Shown here in pieces: positions 1 to 12,089 of a DNA stretch of 64,000 nucleotides. A program made the translations under genes and the position numbers. The DNA comes from the human T2T-CHM13v2.0 reference genome, Homo sapiens. The DNA lies in assembly GCF_009914755.1 (NCBI RefSeq), contig NC_060928.1, one strand, 5' to 3'. The notes beneath the pieces were generated by a model that made no database searches, had not been told where the DNA came from, and worked only from the letters and a program-made list of their open reading frames with translations. Positions within the stretch are counted from its first letter, which is position 1. Each line of letters starts with the position of its first letter.

Positions 1-377
1 GTTGAAGGTAGAAACTTTAGATTAAAAAATAATCTGGATATATACATTAATGGATGAGAGGCATTACAGTTGTTTTAAATAGTAATTCAATTTTTTGACA
101 ATTTCATCAAACCATCACTTAATTCCTGAAGTATGGAATCAAAGAGCAGGAGTGTCTCTTATGTTAAACCAATGAACTCTTTCATTTGAACAGAAAAGAC
201 ATTCTTCTCTGGAGGATGTCTTATCTTTTAGTCAGAGGACATCTCTCAAAGTTGTTTTTTATATCAAAATGTTCTCAAAATGCCACTACATATCTAAACT
301 CTCAGTGTTTAATATGGCTTGGCTCTGTCCCCAAATTTCATCTCAAGTTGTAATCCCCACGTATTGAGGGAGGGACA

Positions 378-388
378 TGATTAGATTA
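378..388 (-). promoter_or_regulatory. DUX4-type double-homeodomain motif in the THE1D 5' LTR
   Basis: TGATTAGATTA is the reverse complement of TAATCTAATCA, the canonical DUX4 consensus. THE1/MaLR LTRs are known DUX4 targets. Activity cannot be shown from sequence. Confidence 0.5.
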
Positions 389-428
389 TGGGGCAATTTC
401 CTCCATGCTGTTCTCATGACAGTAGTGA

Positions 429-836
<408 letters not shown>

Positions 837-3800
837 TAAGAAGGTCCAAGCCTTCTTCCCCTTCTCCTTTTGATAGTAAGTCTTCTGAGGCCTCCCAGCC
901 ATGCAGAACTGTGAGTCAATCAAACCTCTTTCCTTTATAAACTACCCAGTCTTGGACAGTTCTTTATCGCAGTGTAAGAATGGACTAATGGAGTAAATTG
1001 ATATTGGGAGTAGGGCACTGCTATGAAGATACCAGAAAATGTGGAAGTGACTTTGGAACTGGGTAATGGGCAGAGTTTGGAACAGTTTGGAGCACTCAGA
1101 AGACAGAAAGATGTGGGAAAGTTTGGAACTTTCTAGAGACTTGGTGAATGGTTTTGACCAAAATGCTGATAGTGATATGGGCAATGAAATCCAGGCTGAG
1201 GTGGTCTCAGATGGACATGACAAACTTATTGGAAACTAGAGCAAAGGTCACTCTTGCTATGCTTTACCAAAGAGACTGGTGGCATTTTGCCCCTGCTCTA
1301 GAGATCTGTGGAACTTCAAACTTGAGAGACATTATCTGAAATTGGAACTTATGTTTAAAAGGGAAGCAGAGCATAAAAGTTTGGAAAATTTACAGCCTGA
1401 TGATGGGATAGAAAAGAAAAACACATTTTCTGGGGAGATAGTGAAGCCTGTTGCAGAAATTTGCATAAGTAATGAGGAGCCAAATGCTCGTCATCAAGAC
1501 AATGGAGAAAATGTCTCCAGGACATTTCAGAGGTCTTCACAGCAGCCCCTCCCATCACAGGCCCAAGAGGAAAACAAGGTTTCAGGTGCTGAGCCCAGGG
1601 CCTTGCTGCTTTGTGCAGTCTTGAGACTTGGTGCCCTGAATCCTAGCTATGATTAAAAGGGGCCAACATACCACTCAGGCCATTGCTTGAGAGGGTGCAA
1701 GCCCCAAGCTTTGTTGGCTTCCAGGTGGTGTTGGGCTTGCAGGGGCACAGAAGTCAAGAATTGAGGTTTGGGAACCTTTGCCTAGATTTCAGAGGATGTA
1801 TGGAAATGCCTGGATGCCCAGGCAGAAGTTTGTCACAGGGGTGGAGCACTCATGGAGAACCTCTGCTAGGACAGTGGATTTGGGAAATGTGGGGTTGGAG
1901 ATCCAACACAGAGTCCCCACTGGGGCACTTCCCAATGGAGCTGTGAAAAGAAGGCCACCATCCTCCAGACCACAGAATGCTAGATCCACCAATAGCTTTC
2001 ACCATGCTCCTGGAAAAGCCACAGACACTCAATGCTAGCGTGTGAAAACAGCTGGGTGGGGGCTGTATCCTGTAAAGTCACAGGGTGGAGCTGCACAGGA
2101 CTGTGAGAACCCACCTCTTACATCAGTGTGATCTGGATGTCAGACATGGAGTCAAAGGAAATTATTTAGGAGCTTTAATATTTAATGACTGCCCCACTGG
2201 ATTTTGGTCTTGCATGGGGTCTATTAACCCCTTTGTTTTGTCCAAATTCTCCCACTTGGAATGGGAGCATTTATCCAATACCCATATCCCCATTGTATCT
2301 TGGAAGGAACTAACTTTCTTTTGATTTTGCAGGAGCACAGGCAGAAAGGACTTGCTTCTTCAGGTGAGCCTTTCCAGTTGGACTTTTGAGTTAATGCTGG
2401 AATTAATTAAAACTTTGGGGGACTATTGGAAAGGTATAATTGTGTTTTTAACTGTGAGGACATGAGATTTGGGAGGGGCTGGGGCAGAATGATATGGTTT
2501 GGCTGTGTCACCACCCAAATCTCATCTTGAATTGTAATTCCTACAATCTCCACATGTCTAAGGAGAGACCTGGTGGGAAGTGATTGGATCATGTTGTCAG
2601 TTTCCCCCATGCTGTTTTCATGATAGTGAATGAGTTCTCACAAGGTCTGATGGTTTTATAAGGGGCTCTTCCTCCTTCGTTCTTCATATTCTCTCCCCTG
2701 CTACCAGGTGAGAAGATCCAAGCTTGCTTCTCTTTTGCCTTTTGCCATGATAGTAAGTTTCCTGATGCCCCCACCAGCCATGCAGAACTGTGAGTCAGTT
2801 AAAGCTCTTTCCTTTATAAATTACCCAGTCTCAGGCAGTTCTTTTTAGCAGTGTGAGAATGGACTAATACAGTGTGGAAATTTTGACAGTTAGAGAAATA
2901 TGTACGTAAGTTAATTTGTTAGTGAGGAATTCTAAAGTGAACAAGTGTTTACCTTGCAAAAGGTATAGTTTTGTCCTGAGAGGATCTATAAGAACCACGG
3001 CAGTCTGTAAAAATATACAACTTCTTATCTCCAGAACTTTGCCAAAGGTCGATTGTCGCATAGGAAATCTAACAAAATCAACCTAAAACTAAAAGGCCCC
3101 AATTGAATATTAGAACAGAATTCATCATGAAAGTACCGCCCAACCATGGGCAGGTTGGCACCTTGATCAGGTAGAGACTCAAGAGAGATCAGATGTGTTC
3201 ACTCTTATTGGCTTGAGAGTCCTAGTCTAAGGCCACAAGGATCTTAATGGAATCACAGTGAACCTCCACTCTGTCAAAGATCTCCAGCCAAAAGTAACCT
3301 GAAATATACCTGTAGTCAAACAAATGTGGATTGATTGGTTTATTATAGCCGGTAGGATATGCATGTGGAACTACCCAAAAATACTACCAAGAATTTGTGA
3401 AGCCAAAAGTGCCACCAAGAATGTACAAAATTCCCCAAAGTAGAAGCAGTTCTTTATTTGAGATTGTTGCCTTGCATTTTATGTGAAAATAAAAGTGTGG
3501 AATAAAAATCCTGCAAATTGCCCATTTCTATTATACAGATATCAAAGACCTATTTGTAGAACAGATAATGAATAGCAGGCAAGTATGAACTTAAGAAAGT
3601 AACAAAAACCCAAAGCTATGAAAACAAGTAGCATTTCCGTGTCAGGTAGTAGTCTCAATCTTTTTAAAATGTCGACACTCCAGGGCATTTGAAGTTTTCG
3701 CAGACAGCATACTAGATATTTTGTTTTGTTGTTTTTCACTAAACAACACTGCTAGCATTTTGTTCATACATGTGTGTCTAAATAGTTTATATACTATAGA

Positions 3801-3846
3801 GAATGGGGGTAACTCATTAAAATAATATTAGAAATAAATGAGGGAC

Positions 3847-4503
3847 TGAATATATAAATGGATGATGGCCAGTCCATATTACAAATTGGAACTCTCACTC
3901 ACAATCTGTAGCAACTAGGTCAGGAAATAAAAACATTCTCTAAAATAAGCACCCCTGGAAGCCAGACTACTAGTTATAGATATATCGATATAGATATATA
4001 GATACAGATATATAGATATAGATATATAGATACAGATATATAGATATAGATTAGATATATTGATAGATATATATAATGTCAGACTAATAGGAAGTCAGAA
4101 CACAAACCGGAGCAAAAACCCAGGGAACTAAGCAATAACCCCTGTAACAATCAGCCCCCAAATATCCAGGATTTGTTAATAAGTAAGCTCCCCACATTTG
4201 TCTCCACTCCCAACTTAGGACCACCTAGAGAATGCTAAATATGCATCCCTTACCAATCACATGCCTTCCTTTTAGTTATCTTCCGACGGACTCCCTGTAG
4301 CAACAGCCTTCAATCAGGGCTCACGTGGAGCCTTGCCTTTTTTCCACAATAAATCTTTCCCACTCTTCTGTCTGCCTTTGAATCTTTATCAAAAGGCAAG
4401 GGATAGTGACTGACTCCCTTGCTGTAGTATGCTCTGAATAAATAGCTAATGCTTGTTCTTTTCTTTTCTTTTCTTTTTCGGTTGGCCTTTGTCTATCTTC
4501 ACA
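3847..4503 (+). mobile_element. ERV1-type solo LTR (MER90/LTR54-like, subfamily uncertain) nested in MER67
   Basis: TG...CA termini and AATAAA near the 3' end. Typical core CCAACTTAGGACCA..GCTAAATATGC..CCAATCACAT. Flanks GGAC/GGAA resemble a 4-bp TSD. Confidence 0.65.
3975..4075. repeat. (TAGATA/TA)n microsatellite
   Basis: Directly visible TATAGA/TACAGA repeats. Confidence 0.95.
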
Positions 4504-4562
4504 GGAAGCATAAGCAAAAAGTATTATCAAAATTGAGCTTAGGGTAGGTGATTGGGAGAAAG

Positions 4563-4646
4563 TTCTCAAACTCCTAGCATCAAGTAATCCTCCTGCGTCA
4601 GCCTCCCAGAGAGTTAAAATTATAGGAGTGAGCCACTGTGCCACAC
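4563..4646 (-). mobile_element. Tailless Alu fragment (first ~85 nt of the left arm)
   Basis: The reverse complement reads GGCACAGTGGCTCACTCCTATAAT..GGGAGGCTGA..AGGAGTTTGAGA. TGGGAGA lies on both sides. Confidence 0.8.
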
Positions 4647-5172
4647 TGGGAGAGGGTTAAAGGAGGTGGGATGCATAGCTTGTATAAAGTATAATAGGAG
4701 TAATTCTGTAAGTAGGTGTATTAATTAAATCTGGAAAGAAAGAATGAAACGAAACTTAATCTGTAATTAGTAAAGAAGCAACAATCATATTAACCAGAGA
4801 AAGAGGTATTTGGCCACTTTTGTTGTTTGCAATATATCTGGTCTTTAGTATGAATATGGAGTTGTCCTATTGCCGTCTTGATCCATCACAGTCACAGAGT
4901 GGCCTTGTCTGCTGTTGGTGTTCAGTGAATAACTGATATTCAGTCATAGAATATTATGGCCTAAGGGTGGTAGGCAGGCTGGGTCCCTGAAACACCAAGG
5001 TCTGGCTAATGATGACAGGCAAGGTTCTGGTTACTAGAGCTACTTTTTACTTTCTCTAGACTAAATGATTTAGAGACGAAGTCCGCCCCTAGGAGTACTT
5101 GCTATGCGATATAAAGATGGCTACCCAGTTTTCTGTGGCACAGTATTTATCTCTAATATAAGAAATACATAG

Positions 5173-5483
<311 letters not shown>

Positions 5484-5837
5484 ATAATATTAATTATAAT
5501 AATCAAATCATGAACCTACTTTTCTATTTCACAATATGTTTGCATTAATTTTTTTAGAAATTTGAAGTAAATTATTTCTAAAGTTAGAAAATTTAATCTA
5601 GAATTTTTTGCTGTTTGTGAATTATTTTCTTTCTATTTTTTTTCTTCTGCTGTGTATCCCTCCTCCAGAGTAATTTAACTCTAATTTTAGGGAAGTTTCA
5701 TCAAGGAGTGATATAAGGTGCTATTTTAAACCTAAAGATTATGCCCTCCTTTTCCCATATACTTCGTAAAATATTCTAAAGATATTCGTGGCTAAAAAGC
5801 TATTTCAAGGTAGAAAAATGAACTAGAGAATAATTTA

Positions 5838-6038
<201 letters not shown>

Positions 6039-7034
6039 CTAAAGAAAGAAAGAAAGAAAGGAAGAAGAACAAAGCAGGGACAGAGGTTTAAAATCTTTTG
6101 AGTTGCACTTATGCAAACATTTCCTTTACAACTTTATTTATATAGTTAAATGGATCCTTTGCCTCCTTGTTGAATCACCTGGGTCCTTAGGAAGACTTGA
6201 AACTAGCAGTAAGGATAGAATGTTTTCAAGAAACAAGTATTACATTTATTTATGATAAAGAGATGTCATAAAATGCAGAGATCTTTTAACAGACATATTG
6301 TTTTTTAATTACAAGTAACTAAATGCCAACCTACAGAACGTCTACTCTTTGCTGCACCAGTAGATGAAGGATCCTCTGAAATTCACTCAGATTCACTGGT
6401 AAATAATTTTCCTTTCCTGGAGAGATGCAATTGAACAGAAATATGCACAATAAAAAATAACCCTACCTGTCTTTAGCATTCATATTGAAAATATGCTTGC
6501 TATTTACAGTAACTTTTTAAAAATCTGACTAAGTAGTGCATTGTGTCTGATACCCTTCATTAAAACCAACTTCCAATAAGTGGAAAACTTTTAGCTGTAA
6601 AAATGTCATTATCTTTACCCACTACCCAACCAAAATGGTGTTTACAATCAGATTTCTGATGAATGTAAAACATCTGAACTTTTCTGTTTAGAATGCCATT
6701 ATACAGATATTTTGGCTTTCAATGGAGACCAATTAGTTCTATCCCTCTACATTCCTGAGTAAATAGAATTTCTTTATCAGTGCTTTTCCTTCCCCTGCAT
6801 TTTGCAGTTTGTTGATTCTAAAGTGTATTTTCTGTAGTTATTTGTGATATGACATCTTGGTTGCTACACAGCAGTTCTCAGTGGTTGTAAATCAATTCCT
6901 TAAAGAAATTAATTAAAAAATTTAAAGCAGTTAATGCAGCTGAAGGCCTCCAGACTCATGGATCACCAGCTGGGTTTACGGAAGCCATCTGGTATATACT
7001 TATTTTTCTTTTTTCCTTTTTTCTTAGTTTGCAG

Positions 7035-7109
7035 ATATATTGTTCAGTCAAGGTCCTTCCTTGAATGATTCAGAATGTAGCATCTTCCTCCAAATCCATC
7101 TGAATATAG
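7035..7109 (+). other. Candidate internal exon (75 nt)
   Basis: A long pyrimidine tract (7003-7025) with TTGCAG acceptor and an AG/GTAAGT donor, in non-repeat DNA. Confidence 0.4.
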
Positions 7110-7570
7110 GTAAGTATAGATATGTATTAAAAATGGAGATAATAAATATCATTTGGTGAATCATTTTATTACAATTATTATTCATTAATTTTCCTTTAGC
7201 TTTTCCTATAACTGCCTACTCATTTTTCTAAGTCTCAGAAAAATCCAAATTTTAATTAAGAAATTCTCAAACCCAAAGAAGACTTAGCAACATTTTTTAC
7301 TAACAATCATTTTATAACATTGTTTCCTGTCTTAAAATGAAATTCACATATTCCATAGCTTACCTACATAAGTAACATAAACCAAAATAATGGCATAAAT
7401 ATAAGGGCATATATGCCCAAAAATATATAATCGTGATCAGTGTAAACATGAGACATAATTACATTAAAGGTTATATTGAAGTGGTGAGATGCCTACAATT
7501 TGAAATAGAATTACTGTAAGTGGTGCAAATACTGAAAGATACTATAATAAAATGAAGATTCCATATCCGA

Positions 7571-7955
7571 TGTGAGAAATTTGACAGCTTTCAAATTGCT
7601 ACCCCTCTCCTTTCCCCATATTTGGGTAATCTAATAAGATCCCTCACCCCCATTCACACCCCTCACCCCTGGAACAAACCCTCTGCCCCATGTCATAAGT
7701 CAAAATTCAAATAACAGCAGAGAACCTCCATCTGGGCTCCATTCTCTAACTGGAATAAAAACTCCAAGCCATTTGTCTCCTTTTGCTATTGTTTCTCTTC
7801 AGACTGAGTCTATCTCGTTGGACTCATTTCCTTTTTACTATGTGTGCAATAAACATTAGATCCTGGCACTCATATGTCATTACACTCAACATTCATAAAT
7901 CTCTGGGGTGGCAGAGGAGGCATTCTCTTCATTCAGCGGAGATTGCCAAATAACA
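7571..7955 (+). mobile_element. Old solo LTR (ERVL MER54/MER73/MER74-like, uncertain)
   Basis: TG...CA bounded ~385-bp segment with AATAAA at ~7848 and an LTR-like 3' end. Confidence 0.45.
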
Positions 7956-8131
7956 AAAAGGTACCTTTGTTTACTGTTGGTGATTTAAACACTAAAAGCG
8001 ACTGTTGTATCATTGTAGGTATGTCTATTTTATATAGTATATATAAAGATTAATAAAGTTTGGAAAAAAGTACAATTTTCCCCTGATTTACATGTTATTT
8101 CCCTGTTACAAAATGTTAAAACATAGCCAAG

Positions 8132-8347
8132 GCTTACAGAACGCTTATTGTCTGAAAAGCACTATTTTAGGTTCCTTACATTTTCTCTTCACATCAACCT
8201 GATGGTGTCATTTATCATCACAGTCTTACAAATAGGAAAACCAATGCAGAGAGAAGATAGGAATCTTGTTCATGGTTACACAGCTAGTGACAAATTCAGA
8301 TTTTAAATCCTAATAATCTAGTTCTGAAATCTTTGCTCTTAACACTC
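8132..8347 (-). mobile_element. MIR
   Basis: Degenerate MIR core TTACAAATAGGAAAACC..GAGAGAAGATAGGAATCTTGTTCATGGTTACACAGCTAGT. Confidence 0.75.
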
Positions 8348-10300
8348 TAAAATTCTTAGATATTTTTGATTTACATGCAAAACAAAGTTAGATGCCAGTC
8401 TTAGATAATCAATCATAAAGCAGTTTTTCCTCCATATCTTTCTGCCAGGACACTCAACACTCACACAACATACAATAGGATGATGACTACTTCACATGTT
8501 GGAGGAAAGGGCCAGTCGACTGCCCATTGAGCCTCACTCACCTAAGATACACCATCCTGTATCTACTGTCCTGTGAAATAAAAATACCATCAAGAATTTA
8601 CAAAATGCCCAAAGGTGGGGGTAGTCTCTCTGACACTGTTGCTTTATGTTTGATGTGAAAATGAAAATGTGTGCTTTCATTTTGCAAATTTCCCACTTAC
8701 ATGATGTTGGAATTAAGAATCTACTTGTAGCACAGACCAGGAAAAGAAGGAGATAAGTGGGACCTTGAATAAGTCACACAAACCCACAGGCCAGCATTCC
8801 ATGTTGATATGGTAGCCTTTTTACATTTTGAATTGTCTACATTTGGGGCATCTAAAGCTTAGAAAACAGGTGGTATTTTGAGAACTAGATATTGTTTTTG
8901 TTATTTGGTTTTCCACTTAGCAGCATCTCTAGCCCATCATTAAGAAATGTGGGTCTAGTTTATAGAATTATTCTTAATCTCTTTGTTCTCACATTTCTAC
9001 TCTTTCAAGTAAGAAAGTTTTAGACACAAGCCTTAGGGAATGATAAGGCAACTTAATATGCTTTATTTTCCATTTATTTAGGCTGATGATCAAAGGATCT
9101 ATATTTAAAATTTCCAAGGCAATTAATCTCAAATAGCTTCAGAGATTTTTTTACTTCAGAATTTTTCCAAGATTGCTTTTGTCTAAAGTCATAGAAATGA
9201 GACCAAGAGAGAGTCAAGTCTATCAAAACATGTATGTAAAGTGTGTATTTCTCTATGCAATTTTGCCATACAGGACAAAGTGTGTTAACAGCCTGCAAAA
9301 TAGTTAAGTTATGACAGAAGGGAACATTAGATTTTTTAATAGGTTTATTGAGTTTTTTAATGTTAATGTTAATATTTTCTCATTTTTTAATTTGTTTTTT
9401 CCCATAGGATTTTGCATTCTGTAAAAAAGTTAAACTATTATTTATATTTTTGATATTAAATTTAACATGGCAAAGTCTGATTTGTTCTTATGCCTTACAA
9501 GACATTTTTGAAAGTCTTATACTAACTTCCTTCCATCAGCATATTTGACCTTTGAAGGAATAGCATTTTACTTTGGTTTTTGAATAAATTTGGAGGTGAG
9601 TCTCTGCATTCTAATGCAATCACTGAATCACCAAAGAGATACTAAAGAAACCAGGGAATGCATCAAGAATTATTTATAAGCAATTCTAAAGCTCATAGAT
9701 ACACAGTTGCAAAGTTCGGAGAAATAAATGTGGCATTTATCAGTAACAATTTTCATGCCAATGGGATAGAAATTATTGAGTAAAATCCCATTGCAAACAT
9801 CAGTCCTTAGCTGTCATTAGGAAAATGCTGAGAATCACATTTCCCAGCTATAGTCAATTTTAACGATATTCCCAGGATCAACTTCCTGTCAGAAGATGCT
9901 ATTGAAAAAGCAAGACAACAAAGACAAACTCTTCTCAATGGGAAATTATCTTCAGACAAAGAGACATTCTGTGAACTCAACGATTAATAACCTTTAACTT
10001 TGCAATGTTTGACTTTGAAGTAGTGATGAACAGAATACAGAAATGAAAAAGCAGAAACAATGATTTCTCTACCCAAGTGTCTTTTTCATTTTAAATAATT
10101 TGTATTTAAAATCAACTTTCTTTCCTTGACTCAGCAACTTAAAATGTAAAGAGTTGCACCGTTTAGCAGGAATATGTTGAACTAGAACTCAAGAGCACTG
10201 GGCTTCAATTTCAGGATTATTAGGAAGTCTGACAACTATTTTACCTATTAAGAGGTACATGTGGATGGCTATATGACAAATGAAGTTGCTTTAAATAAGG

Positions 10301-10617
10301 TTGTTTGGTTTTTTGTTTGTTTTTTGAGATGGAGTCTCACTCTATCACCAAGGCTGGAGTGCAGTGGCACAATCTTGGCTCACTGCAACCTCCCCCTCCC
10401 AGGTTCAAGTGATTCTCCTACATCAGCCACCTGAGTAGCTGGGATTACAGGTGTCCAACACCACACCTAGCTAATATTTTTTTTTTGTATTTTTAATAGA
10501 GATGGGGTTTCACCAGGTTGGCCAGGCTGGTTTCAAACTCCTGATCTCAAGTCAGGATCCTCTCACCTCGGCCTCCCAAAGTGCTAAGATTACAGGTGTA
10601 AGCCACTGCACCTGACC
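10301..10617 (-). mobile_element. AluS
   Basis: Full antisense dimer flanked by TTAAATAAGGTT / TTAAAAAAAGGTT. Confidence 0.93.
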
Positions 10618-11676
10618 TTAAAAAAGGTTTTTGATCTGTTCTTGGTGGAATTCCTGGATGAGACATGGTGGGGGTGGGAAGTAAGAGTGTAGGGGGTTGG
10701 GTAGCATGATTATTAGCTTTTAACCTTGGATTCAAACAGAATAGATTTGCATTTACCTATTTTATATGTTGAGCTGCTGCATAAGCTTTCATGTAAAACA
10801 AGTTTTGATAATTTACTTCTCTTTTACCCCAGAAGTTTGTAGATAATTTTTCTATAACAATTCCTGAAAATGAGAATAATAATTCTGAATCCCTTTTACA
10901 GAAGCAAAGGGGTTTTATTAATAAAAAACAAGGGCACAATTTTAAAAATTGGCTGATATTACTTTGTAAAGACTTTTCATGGCTCTGTGGTTGATCCACT
11001 TCAATGTTTTGTTAGTAGATATGAAAGTTTTGAGTGTTATTTGCTCTTTGGGTGATGGTAGATGCTGCTATAAACAGCCAGCCAATTCAGCTCTGACTAC
11101 AACTGCTGTTCTCACTAGACTCCAGGCACACATTTTAGGAGAAGTAAATTATTGAAAGCTTGTGTGACTAGGTGACTGCCAATACATTATCCCAAACCAA
11201 CACCCCCAATTCTGCATTGCACTTAGTCTTTTTTTAGTATGATGTTTCTACTTTGAGATTCAAAATAATAATAACTGTTCTTATTACAGCATTTTCCTCT
11301 TTTCACCAAAAGGAATTTGATTTTTATCAAAATCAAGGGCAGCATTAGAGGTCGAGCTACTTGGCCATAGATAACAGCACGTAGGGATATGAAAGGATAC
11401 TAAAAGAAAGATAATATGAGTCACTAGAAGCCTTTCCTATTTGCTCAGAGTATCTCAGGTACAAAGAGAACTAGTGATTCCAGTGGAAAAGGAAAAATAA
11501 GATATTGGCCATGAACACACTTCACATACTGCCCAGAGCCTGATGACCAGCCTATTCAGTGCCCCCCATCACTGGTAACCCCATCACCTCAAATGAAGGA
11601 CTGCTGTACACCATGCTTGCCCCTCACAGACTGGAAACCAGCCTGCCTGCTGCTAGCCATTACCATAGAAGTTGCT

Positions 11677-12089
11677 TGATAGAGTTTGGGTAATTGTTCC
11701 CTCCAAATCTCATGTTGAAATTTTATCCCCAATGTTGGAAGTGGGGCCTAGTAGGAGGTGTTTGTATTATAGAGGAAAATATTTCAAAACCAGCTTGGGG
11801 CCACTGTCATAGTATAAGTGAGTTTTCACTTTATTAGTTCCCATGAGATCTGTTTGTTAGAAAGTGCCTGGCACCTCCCTTCCTTTCCTCTTTCTCCCTC
11901 ATCATGTGATGCCTGCTTCCCTTTGCCTTCCATAATGAGTAGAAGCACTTTGAAGCCCTCACCAGAAACAGATACAAGCACCATGCTTTTAGTATAGCCT
12001 GCAGAAATGTGAGCCATATAAGCCTCTTTTCTTTATAAATTATCCATCCTCAGGTCTTCCTCTGTGGTAATGCCAAGCAGACCAAGACA
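11677..12089 (+). mobile_element. MSTB solo LTR within the L1 5'UTR
   Basis: TGATAGAGTTTGGG..CCTCCAAATCTCATGTTGAAA..AAGACA, with MST internal motifs. Confidence 0.85.

Larger units (their letters stand above)
3272..5058 (-). mobile_element. MER67-like ERV1 solo LTR, interrupted by three insertions
   Basis: 3272-3373, ~3802-3846, 4504-4560 and 4647-5058 follow the recalled MER67 consensus in reverse, e.g. TGTCAA..CTCCAGCCAAA..CCTGTAGTCAAACAA and CTTGATCCATCACAGTCACAGAGTGGCCTTGTCT. Confidence 0.7.

Noticed and set aside
1148-2324. Cluster of overlapping ORFs
   Set aside because: They are fragments of the decayed THE1-int frame, broken by stops and frameshifts, and not a host gene.
5083-5115. 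GC box (CCGCCC) followed by TATAAA
   Set aside because: The spacing is promoter-like, but both motifs are short, there is no CpG island and no convincing donor follows. Chance occurrence is likely.
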